The notes below the pieces were generated by a model. It saw only the letters and a list, made by a program, of their open reading frames with translations, ran no database searches and was not told where the DNA came from. A DNA stretch of 64,000 nt from Candidatus Marinacidobacterium sp. (lineage in GTDB: Bacteria > Acidobacteriota > Vicinamibacteria > Marinacidobacterales > Marinacidobacteraceae), in NCBI GenBank assembly GCA_965220965.1, contig OZ244852.1:864001-928000 (forward strand). Direction: 5' to 3'. How positions within the stretch are numbered: position 1 is the stretch's first letter; each line of letters starts with the position of its first letter. A program made the translations under genes and the position numbers. Shown here in pieces: positions 56,346-64,000 of this stretch.

Positions 56346-58360
56346 CCGCCGAAGCGCTCCGGATCCCAGACGAGACCGAGTTCGGAAGGGGGGCCGATGT
56401 ACCCGAGGAGCGCCGAGGAGGCCACCACCGCCGGGCTCGCGAGGAAGCCCTCGCCGCCCCGTCCCATCCGGTTCGCCCAGTTCCGGTTGAACGAGGTGAT
56501 CGCGCGCATGCCCGGCTGGAGCGCGTCTTCGCCCTGGCCGAAACAGGGGCCGCACCAGGACTTGCGAATCGCCCCGCCCACGGAACGGAACACATCGGCG
56601 ATCGGCTCGCCGCCCAGCCGCGGCTCGGCTTCCTCGATCCGGTTCCGGACGCCCCCCGAGCCCGGAAAGATGACGAACTTGCGCCGGGCCTCGGCGGCGG
56701 CGCCGTCGCGCGCCGCCTGCACCACGCGCGCGGCGGAGAGCAGATCCTCGTAGCTGCCGTTCGTGCAGGAGCCGATGTAGGCGCAGTCGAACCGGATCCG
56801 TTCCTTCGCCACGTCGCGCGCCGGATGGGTGTTTCCCGGCGACGGGGGGAACGCGACGAGCGGCTCGACCTCCGCCAGATCGAAGACCTCCTCCGCCTCG
56901 AAGCGGGCCGCCGGTCCGGCGGCGGTCGGGGCGTAGGGAAGATCCCGGAAGCCCTGCTCCCGGTACCAGCCAGCGGTCACCTCGTCGAACGGGAAGATGC
57001 CGTTCCAGGCCTCGGCCTCCGCCATCATGTTCGCAACGGTGTTCCGCCAGGTCATCGGAAGGACGCCCCCGGGGTCCGAGAACTCCACGGACATCCCGGC
57101 GGCCGCCCCGTTCCACCGGGTGATGAGCTGGAGCACCACGTCCTTGCCCGAGGACCACTCGGGAAGCGCCCCGGTGAACACCACCCGCCGCGCCGCCGCC
57201 GGCGTCAGGAACACCGCGCCGGTCGCCCAGCCGAAGCCCAGCGCGGTCGAGCCAACGCCGACCCCGAGCGCTCCATAGGCGCCGTAGGCGCGACTGTGGC
57301 TGTCGGCGCCCGGGACGACGGCGCCGGGGACGACCAGCCCCTGTTCGGGGAAATAGAAGTGGAAGATCCCGTCGCCCGGAGCGGCGAACCACGGGGGCCG
57401 CAGGTCCTCGGCGGCGGCGAACGCCCGGCTGATGCCGGTCTGCCGGTCGTCGCGCTCGCGGCCGGTGAACACGAAGTGGTCGGCGGCGATGGCGGCCTGG
57501 CGCGGGTGGATCGCGCCGCCGGTGATCTCGCGGAAGGTGTGGATGGCGAACGGGGCGGTGCCGTCCGAGGCCGGGAGCAGGTCGGCCGCCACCAGCAGCG
57601 TCTCGCCGGGGACCACCCGGGTCTTCCGGTCCACCCGGTGGGCGTGGAGGATCTGCTCGGTTGCGGTGAGGCGGGCGGCGGTCTTCCGGCCGGGGAAACG
57701 CACCTCGAGCTCCCGGTCGAGCGAGGCGTGGAATTCGCGGCGGCCGGCGGTGACGATGCCCCCGGCGCGCCGCAACTGCTCCTCGCGCGCCGTCAGCGGC
57801 TTGGGTTCGTAGTCGCGGCCCAGGGTGAGGTTCGTGAGCCGGCGGGTTCGCGGCTCGAAGGAGAAACGGTGCCCGTCATCGGCGTCGGCGACCGCCGCCG
57901 GGCACTCGAGCACGTGAAGGCCCAGGTTCAGCGCGTTTCGCCGGAAGATGTCCCCCACGGCTTCGCCGAGGACCAGCACGAGGGTCAGTCCCGCATCGTT
58001 CGCGACGCCGAGAAGGCCCGCCGGGCTCATCTCGCGGGAGGACCCCACCGCGAACCGGTCGCCGGCCACCAGGAAGTTCTGTCCGGCGCGCACCCGGGCC
58101 GCGAAGTCGGGCATCAGGTAGCGGAAGGCCCCCTCCTTCCAGCGCCGGTCGAGCGAGTCGAGGCTCTCGGAGACGCACCAGGCCGAGGGCGTGATCTGGT
58201 CGGTGTCGATCGCGTCCCGTTTGCGCTCGGGGCGCTCCGGGTCCCGGAAGATCAGCGCCTCGCCGGTGACCGGGGCGTCGTCCGCCGGGGATGCTTCGGG
58301 CCCCGCCTCGAGCGGCGGCAACGGGACGCCCGGTTTGCGGCGGGGCGGCGGGAGAGGCAC
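56342..58360 (-). CDS. Aconitase-family hydro-lyase with fused LeuD-like (N) and LeuC-like (C) domains
   Basis: N: IDTDQITP, FAVGSSRE, IFRRNALNLGL. C: ADH, GDGIFH, GADSHS, GSCTNGS, SWCGPCFG, FNRNW.NRMG, LASPAVVASSA. Start moved to GTG 58360, 7 nt after TATACT. Confidence 0.85.
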   Translation of the reverse strand: MPLPPPRRKPGVPLPPLEAGPEASPADDAPVTGEALIFRDPERPERKRDAIDTDQITPSAWCVSESLDSLDRRWKEGAFRYLMPDFAARVRAGQNFLVAGDRFAVGSSREMSPAGLLGVANDAGLTLVLVLGEAVGDIFRRNALNLGLHVLECPAAVADADDGHRFSFEPRTRRLTNLTLGRDYEPKPLTAREEQLRRAGGIVTAGRREFHASLDRELEVRFPGRKTAARLTATEQILHAHRVDRKTRVVPGETLLVAADLLPASDGTAPFAIHTFREITGGAIHPRQAAIAADHFVFTGRERDDRQTGISRAFAAAEDLRPPWFAAPGDGIFHFYFPEQGLVVPGAVVPGADSHSRAYGAYGALGVGVGSTALGFGWATGAVFLTPAAARRVVFTGALPEWSSGKDVVLQLITRWNGAAAGMSVEFSDPGGVLPMTWRNTVANMMAEAEAWNGIFPFDEVTAGWYREQGFRDLPYAPTAAGPAARFEAEEVFDLAEVEPLVAFPPSPGNTHPARDVAKERIRFDCAYIGSCTNGSYEDLLSAARVVQAARDGAAAEARRKFVIFPGSGGVRNRIEEAEPRLGGEPIADVFRSVGGAIRKSWCGPCFGQGEDALQPGMRAITSFNRNWANRMGRGGEGFLASPAVVASSALLGYIGPPSELGLVWDPERFGG

Positions 58361-58367
58361 CGGCCGG

Positions 58368-58373
58368 AGTATA
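58368..58373 (-). promoter_or_regulatory. -10 box TATACT for the aconitase-like/ETF-QO operon
   Basis: 7 nt upstream of in-frame GTG 58360. Confidence 0.6.
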
Positions 58374-58463
58374 GAGAGCGGTCGGGCGCCCTCCTCGTCG
58401 CCTGGCGGGCCGGCGAGACATCCGGCCTTCACTAGAATTCCCGCTCTGCCCGGCCCGAGTTTC

Positions 58464-59666
58464 TTGCGTTTCGTCTCTTCCGCGGTGCTCGTGGCGTTCG
58501 TCGCCGGTACGGGAACCGCCGAAGCGGCCGGCCAGTTTCCGACGCCGCCGGCGTGGGAGATCGAGGCCCCCGCCGCGGCCGACCCGATCTTCCTGCTGAC
58601 GATGGGCCCGGATCACGACGAGGTGTTCCGGGAGTGGGGCCACGCGGCGCTGTGCGTTGGCGAGCGCTGCTTCAACTACGGCGTCACCGATTTCTCGCGG
58701 CCGGTGGGGCTGCTGGTCGACGTGTTGCGCGGGGACGCGCTGTTCTGGGTCGCGGTCACTCCCTACGAGAGGACGGTCGCCACCTACTTCGGCCACGACC
58801 GCAGCGTCTTTCGCCAGGACCTCGACCTGACGCCGGAAGCCCGCTCCGCGCTGCTGGGGAAGCTCGCGGCTGATCTGGTGCCCGGGGCGAGCGAGTACCT
58901 CTACAACCACTTCGAGGACAACTGCACGACGCGGATCCGCGACTACCTCGACGAGGCGTCCGGAGGGGCGCTGCGCGACGCCGCCGCGGGTTTCCCGCCG
59001 TCGGTGGGGCGGGGGGGCGGCCCCGGGAGTTTTCGCACCCAGATCCGGCGCGGCCTGACCGAGCGGCCGCTCTTCCTGTGGGCCTCCGATGTCGGGGTGG
59101 GATCCGCCGTGGACCAGCCGATCAGCGGCTTCCAGACGATGTTCCTCCCCGAGGCGCTCCGCGCCGGAGTCGAGGCCGCCTTCGACGCGCCGCCCCGGCA
59201 ACTTCGCTCCGGCCGCGATGGCGACACACTGCCCGGCGACCCGGGAAGCGGCGGCTACGTGCCGGCGCTGCTGCTGGTGGCGGGTGGCCTCGCGTTGCTC
59301 GTCCTCCGGGGAGGACGGCTCCGCCGGCTGGCGACGGGCGTGAGCGTCGCCGCCCTCACGCTGCTCGGGACGATCGGTCTCTTCCTGGTTGTCGTGAGCC
59401 CGCTTCCCGAGTTCCATTCGAGCCTGCTGTTCGCCGCGGTTCCGGTCACCGACGCGCTCCTCGGAACCCGGCTGCGGCGCTGGTACGCTCCGCTGCGGCT
59501 CGCGTTCGGACTGGGCTTCCTGGCGGCGCTCCTGATCGGGTTCTTCCCGCAGCCGCTCGAGTGGATGCTGTTCGCCGCCCTCCTGCCGGTCGCGGCGATC
59601 TGGTGGCGGGACCGGCGGCCGCGCGACCCGGGCGCTGAGGGCGGGTCGCGGACGGACCGGCCGTGA
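58464..59666 (+). CDS. DUF4105 / Lnb-like membrane protein
   Basis: LLTMGP...VF..WGHAAL, FNYG..DF, Y.YNHFEDNCTTRIRD, MFLP; C-terminal TMs. Start uncertain (CTG 58446 or TTG 58464). Confidence 0.78.
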   Translation: MRFVSSAVLVAFVAGTGTAEAAGQFPTPPAWEIEAPAAADPIFLLTMGPDHDEVFREWGHAALCVGERCFNYGVTDFSRPVGLLVDVLRGDALFWVAVTPYERTVATYFGHDRSVFRQDLDLTPEARSALLGKLAADLVPGASEYLYNHFEDNCTTRIRDYLDEASGGALRDAAAGFPPSVGRGGGPGSFRTQIRRGLTERPLFLWASDVGVGSAVDQPISGFQTMFLPEALRAGVEAAFDAPPRQLRSGRDGDTLPGDPGSGGYVPALLLVAGGLALLVLRGGRLRRLATGVSVAALTLLGTIGLFLVVVSPLPEFHSSLLFAAVPVTDALLGTRLRRWYAPLRLAFGLGFLAALLIGFFPQPLEWMLFAALLPVAAIWWRDRRPRDPGAEGGSRTDRP

Positions 59667-61057
59667 CCGGGCCCGGTCCGGCGCCCTCTCCGGGCGAGGA
59701 AGGGGCCGCGGTCTCCGAACGGATCGGGTCGCTGCTTCGCCGGCGGTCCATGCCGGAGGAGTTCATCCGGGCGTTCCTCGCCGCCCGGGACTCGGCGATT
59801 CGCGGTTCCTGCTGGCTGCGCGAGGAGGAGATCGAGCCCGTCGAGGATCTCGCCCGCCTTCCCGAGGACGGCCTCGAGGCCACCCCGGAGGAGCGCGCCC
59901 GCACCGTCGCGATCACGCTGAATGGCGGGCTGGGGACCACGATGGGCATGAAGGCGCCCAAGGGCCTGCTTCAGGCCGCCGCCGGCATGACGTTCCTGGA
60001 GCTGACCCTCCGGCAGTCCGAGGGGGTGGCAGTCCGTCCGCTCCTGATGAACAGCTTCGCCACCGACGAGTCGGTGCGGGAGGCGCTCTCCCGAAGGAAC
60101 GGGCGAGGTCGGGTGGAGAGTTTCCGGCAGCACCTCGCTCCCAAGCTGAGCCCTGGCCGGCTCGAGCCCGTCCGGTCCCGGGACCGTCCCGAACTGGACT
60201 GGTGTCCGCCAGGGCACGGGGACGTCTACACCGCGCTGGGATCGAGAGGCGCGCTCCGCCGGCTCCTCGAGGACGGTTACCGGTACGCCTTCATCTCGAA
60301 CGTGGACAACCTCGGTGGCTGGCCGGATCCGGCGCTTCTGGCGTTCTTCGTCCGCTCGGGCGCTCCGTTCCTGATGGAGGTGGTGCGGCGGACCGAAGCG
60401 GACTGGAAGGGCGGACACCTCGCGCGGAGGCGCCGCGACGGACAGCTCGTGCTGCGCGAGACCGCCCAGTGCGCCCCGGAAGACCGGGAAGCCTTCGGTG
60501 ACGCGAACCGCTACCGGTACTTCAACGCCAACAACCTGTGGGTGCGCCTCGACGCGCTCCAGGAAGAGCTGGCTCGCCGCGGCGGGTTCCTGCCGCTGCC
60601 GGTGATCGTGAACCCAAAGACCCTGGATCCCCGGGATCCGGAGTCCACGCCCTGCGTTCACCTCGAGCAGGCGGCGGGATCGGCGATTTCGGTGCTCCCC
60701 GGGGCGATGGCGGTCGAAGCGCCCCGCCGCCGCTTCGCCCCGGTCAAGACGACCGAGAACCTGCTCCTCCTGCGCTCCGACATCTACCAGGTCCGAAGCG
60801 ACGGCCGGGTCGAGCCGCGCCGGGATCCGCCGCTGGTCGAGCTCGACGCGAGCCGCTACCGCTTCGTCAGCGACTTCGAGGAGCGGTTTCCCCACGGACC
60901 CCCCTCGCTCCTCGGGTGCGACCGGCTCCGGGTGGAGGGCGATGTCCGCTTCGGCAAGGGAGTCGTCTGCGAGGGGGCCGTCACCGTCGCCGCCGCGCCC
61001 GGCTGTCCCGCCGCCGTTCCGGACGGCGCGCGCCTCGCCGGAGTCGTCCGCGTCTGA
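59663..61057 (+). CDS. UTP--glucose-1-phosphate uridylyltransferase, eukaryote-type (UDPGP family)
   Basis: LNGGLGTTMG...PK, LMNSFAT, WCPPGHGD.Y, FISNVDNLG, D.KGGHL, FNANNLW, RFAPVKTT.NLLLLRSD.Y; beta-helix tail. Confidence 0.88.
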   Translation: MTGPGPAPSPGEEGAAVSERIGSLLRRRSMPEEFIRAFLAARDSAIRGSCWLREEEIEPVEDLARLPEDGLEATPEERARTVAITLNGGLGTTMGMKAPKGLLQAAAGMTFLELTLRQSEGVAVRPLLMNSFATDESVREALSRRNGRGRVESFRQHLAPKLSPGRLEPVRSRDRPELDWCPPGHGDVYTALGSRGALRRLLEDGYRYAFISNVDNLGGWPDPALLAFFVRSGAPFLMEVVRRTEADWKGGHLARRRRDGQLVLRETAQCAPEDREAFGDANRYRYFNANNLWVRLDALQEELARRGGFLPLPVIVNPKTLDPRDPESTPCVHLEQAAGSAISVLPGAMAVEAPRRRFAPVKTTENLLLLRSDIYQVRSDGRVEPRRDPPLVELDASRYRFVSDFEERFPHGPPSLLGCDRLRVEGDVRFGKGVVCEGAVTVAAAPGCPAAVPDGARLAGVVRV

Positions 61058-61096
61058 GACGAATGCCGCCGGCGCCTCCACCGGCCCGGAACGGAC

Positions 61097-61780
61097 TCAG
61101 AGCAGGCCGAAGCGTGCGAGCGCGGCGGCGGTCCGGGGGGGACGGGCCTCGCCGGGGAGCTGATCCAGGGTTCGGGCGAGGAGCCTCAGATCCGCGGCGC
61201 GGTCCACGTCGCGGTGTGCGGGCAGGGTGATCAGTCTCAGTCCGGCGGCGGAGGCGGCGCTCCGGGTAGCGGCGGCGACCGCTTCGGAGCCCCACGGGAT
61301 GGAGGCGAAGAGCGGGTCATGGCGTCCGGTGAGCGACGGGGCGGTGGCGAGCGCGAGCAGAACGTAACCTCCATCCGCCGCCGGCGAGAGGGCGCAGTCG
61401 GCGCGCCCGAGCGCGGCGAACGCCGACTCGATGAGGCTGGCGGGAAGCAGCGGAGCGTCGGCGCCGATCAGGGCGAGCCGCGGGACCCGGTCCCGGCCGG
61501 CGTCCCGCGTCGCCCGGCGGAGGCGGGCGCCGAGATCCCCCGGCCCCTGAGCGACGATCCGCCACGGACGCGGAACCTCGAGGGGAGAACGCTCTCCGGA
61601 CTCCGGGTCGTCGGTGAGGCGGAGTTCGAGGTCGGTCGTGGAAGCGAACTCCACCGCCAGGCGCTCGAGAAGGTCTTCCGCCATGGCGCGCTGCAGCGAG
61701 GCGGCCTGCTCGTGGGAGAGCGGAGGCACGAGGCGCGTCTTCGTCGCGCCCGGGACCGGTCGGCGGGTGAAGAGCGCCAT
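61097..61780 (-). CDS. TIGR04282/DUF2064 family glycosyltransferase-like (CofC-like) protein
   Basis: FTRRPVPG.TKTRL, QGPGDLGARL, IGADAP, PAADGGYVL, IPWGS, RDVD...DL. Confidence 0.82.
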   Translation of the reverse strand: MALFTRRPVPGATKTRLVPPLSHEQAASLQRAMAEDLLERLAVEFASTTDLELRLTDDPESGERSPLEVPRPWRIVAQGPGDLGARLRRATRDAGRDRVPRLALIGADAPLLPASLIESAFAALGRADCALSPAADGGYVLLALATAPSLTGRHDPLFASIPWGSEAVAAATRSAASAAGLRLITLPAHRDVDRAADLRLLARTLDQLPGEARPPRTAAALARFGLL

Positions 61781-61809
61781 GCGGCGCTCCGGAGGGGAGT
61801 CCGGCGGAA

Positions 61810-64000
61810 TCAGCTTCCGACCGGGGCCTCGAGGGTCGAGGTGTTGCCCTGGTCGTCCTCCACCGCCACCACGACCGACCTGACGCCGGAAACTCCGGGG
61901 AGGGTCGTGTCGAAGTCCTCGCTGACCGAGTCGTTCATCCCGTCCACCGGGAGAACCACGATCGCTTCGCCGCCGTCGAGGCTCGCGGTGGCGCGCTGGA
62001 GGGGGCTGCTTGCGTCACTGGCGCGAAAGCGGATCCGTCCGTCGGCGGTCACCGTCAGATCGGAGATCGTGGGGGGCGTGTTGTCCACCGTGAACGGGCG
62101 ACTGACCCGCTCGCCGCTCAGCGCGCCGTCGGGAGGGTTGTCCGGCGTGTCCCGCGCCTCGACGCGGAGCTCGTACCGCCCGTCGGGCATGGTCCGCGTG
62201 TCCCAGGCGACGATCGGCTCGCGGAGGTCGTCCCGAAGCGTCCGCCAGGTGACATCCGCGACCCTCCTCCAGGAGACCCGGTAGCGGAGCCGATCCCGGT
62301 TCGGATCCTGCGCCTGGAACGTCGCGGTGCGGATTCCCTGGCGGTAGAGCTGGCGGCCGGTCCCCACCGGAAAGCTCCCGCGCGATGCGCCGTTTCGGGC
62401 CGCCTGGGTGGTCTCCGGCCGGTGCGGCATCCCCTGGAGCTGGGGGCTCTGCGGCGAGAGCATCTCCTCGTAGGCCACGCCCGGCGGGTGGAGGGTGATC
62501 CCGGTCACCCGGGGGGCGAGATTCCCCGGCCGGTAGGCCGCTTCGAGGGAGATCAGTTCGGGGGACGAGCCGCCGTCGGAGCGCAGCACCGCGCGCCACT
62601 GCAGGAACCGGGCGCCCGGGCTCGGAATCGCCGCCCCGGACTCGGCGGCGCGCCAGTCGCTCCAGGTGTCGTCCGGCTCCGTCGTGTTTCCGCTGCGGGT
62701 CTCCACCGTGAGAGCGGCGCCGGGCGGGACGCGGGCGTCCCAGGCGATGCGGCCGAAGGCGGCGGCGCCCCCAGCGTCGAGCGCGGGGGAGACGTAGGCG
62801 CCCTCGGTGCGGGGAGCGTCCGCCAGCCGAAGCACCCGGCCGGGGTTCGAGGCGCCGAGGAGGACGCCGTCTTCGCCGCGCGCCGCGGCGGTGACCTGTT
62901 CCGAATCCACCTGAAGCAGGAGCGTGACCCGGCCGTCGCGGGTGAGGCGAAGCACGCGGCCGCGATCTCCGGTCCCGAGGAGCAGCCGCTCGTCCCGTAA
63001 CAGCGTCAGCGCGAGCGGCCGCTCCTCCGCGGACTCCCAGATGGCTTCCGCCGCCCCGTTGGGTCCGATCCGGTAGAGCGCGTTCGTGACGCCTCCGGCG
63101 CTCGCCCCCGAAGGCGTCGGGGTGGTGGCGACGGTCGTAACCGCGCGGAACGTGGCGGTGGCCGAGACGGAGGCGACCGGCGTCTGGCCGGCGCCGGGAG
63201 ACGGCGACGCAACCGCCGTCGGGGCTGATTCGACCGCGGCGGAAGCGGTTGCGGCGACGGCGGCGGCGAAGACCTCTCCGGCGGTGGTGACCGCCAGCGC
63301 GCGGATCTCCTGCTGCGGACTGTCGTAGAGCGCCATCGCGTCGCCGTCCGCGGCGATCCGGAACACGATGCCCGAAGGCGATGTCCCCACATGGATCGTC
63401 CCGTCCGCTCCCCGGTGGAGCGCGGTGATGTTCTCGTCCCGGGCGGTGAAGAGCGTCTCGCTGCCGCCCGCGGGCTGGATCCGGAGGAGCTGCGCCGGCA
63501 TGCCGGTCGCGGCGAGCACGCTTCCCCCCGGCTCCGCGATCAGCGACCAGACGTAACGGGCGCCGGTATCGCCGAGGACGCCGCGCTCACCACCCGGCGC
63601 GATCCGGTGGACCACGCCCCCCGGCGAACTGGCGTAGTAGACCGTCCCGTCGCTTCCGACGGCCACCGCCTGGACGCCGGCGTCCCCGGTCTCGACCAGG
63701 GCCTCCGGCTCTCCGGGTCCGATCCGGGTGAGGGCGCCGGGCGCGCCTCCGGCCGAGATCGTCGCCCCGGAGGCTCCGGTGGCGAGGGCCCAGACGAAGG
63801 GATGCCCGGCCTCGTGCAGGCTCTGCAGAACCGGCGAAAGCCGCACCTGCCCGTCGGGGCCGATGCTGACCCCCTCGCTCTCTCCGGGAAAGAAGTCGGA
63901 CGCGGTCTCGAAGCGGAAGAAGTCGCGGGTGCTCGCGCCGGCGAGCGAGATCACGAGGAGGCCCGCTCCCGCCGCCAGGAGCAGGAGGCGCGGGGATCGC
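61810..64000 (-). CDS. Secreted beta-propeller + Ig-like protein, start just outside window
   Basis: Signal-like RLLLLAAGAGLLVISL; repeated blades (YVWSL..., ITAL..G.DG.I.VGT); WDT..MPDGRY.LRV.A.D, FTVDN.PP. Confidence 0.75.
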   Translation of the reverse strand, partial: RSPRLLLLAAGAGLLVISLAGASTRDFFRFETASDFFPGESEGVSIGPDGQVRLSPVLQSLHEAGHPFVWALATGASGATISAGGAPGALTRIGPGEPEALVETGDAGVQAVAVGSDGTVYYASSPGGVVHRIAPGGERGVLGDTGARYVWSLIAEPGGSVLAATGMPAQLLRIQPAGGSETLFTARDENITALHRGADGTIHVGTSPSGIVFRIAADGDAMALYDSPQQEIRALAVTTAGEVFAAAVAATASAAVESAPTAVASPSPGAGQTPVASVSATATFRAVTTVATTPTPSGASAGGVTNALYRIGPNGAAEAIWESAEERPLALTLLRDERLLLGTGDRGRVLRLTRDGRVTLLLQVDSEQVTAAARGEDGVLLGASNPGRVLRLADAPRTEGAYVSPALDAGGAAAFGRIAWDARVPPGAALTVETRSGNTTEPDDTWSDWRAAESGAAIPSPGARFLQWRAVLRSDGGSSPELISLEAAYRPGNLAPRVTGITLHPPGVAYEEMLSPQSPQLQGMPHRPETTQAARNGASRGSFPVGTGRQLYRQGIRTATFQAQDPNRDRLRYRVSWRRVADVTWRTLRDDLREPIVAWDTRTMPDGRYELRVEARDTPDNPPDGALSGERVSRPFTVDNTPPTISDLTVTADGRIRFRASDASSPLQRATASLDGGEAIVVLPVDGMNDSVSEDFDTTLPGVSGVRSVVVAVEDDQGNTSTLEAPVGS

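Noticed and set aside
61097-61780. Arsenosugar biosynthesis cluster implied by the TIGR04282-like gene
   Set aside because: No radical SAM arsS or arsM nearby, and the GT2 gene is 11 kb away.
1-64000. CRISPR arrays, rRNA, transposases, integrases, phage structural genes
   Set aside because: None recognised on either strand by eye; short or highly degenerate elements could have been missed.

Overview
Very GC-rich, densely coding bacterial chromosome segment. An acidobacterial-type VWFA protein, a DUF4159/MoxR/DUF58/BatA/DUF4175 operon and a carboxypeptidase-regulatory-like TonB receptor suggest Acidobacteriota (inference). About 45 CDS and one tRNA-Val(CAC). Core content: TPR-peptidase/MoxR/VWA operon, hflKC, Sfp-type PPTase, zinc metalloprotease, form II coxSLM-DEF molybdo-hydroxylase cluster followed by a PuuD-like gene, hydrolases, MeaB-epimerase fusion, pyk, CBS, ETF-QO, a fused aconitase-family enzyme, an Lnb-like gene and a eukaryote-type UGPase. 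Two stretches look acquired: a solo Ser/Thr kinase (11061-12752) and a two-gene minus-strand cassette (19102-25957) next to a broken higBA pair. The best candidate for an undescribed system is that cassette. A roughly 1418-aa DUF1998 DEAH helicase (Druantia DruE/MrfA-like) is preceded by an 849-aa partner whose last ~136 residues are a near-complete, diverged copy of ribosomal protein uS5, suggesting a defence system with an integrated ribosomal-protein decoy or ribosome tether. Many core genes also appear leaderless, with a TAnnnT box 6-9 nt before the start codon. All family calls come from motif recognition by eye; no searches were run.
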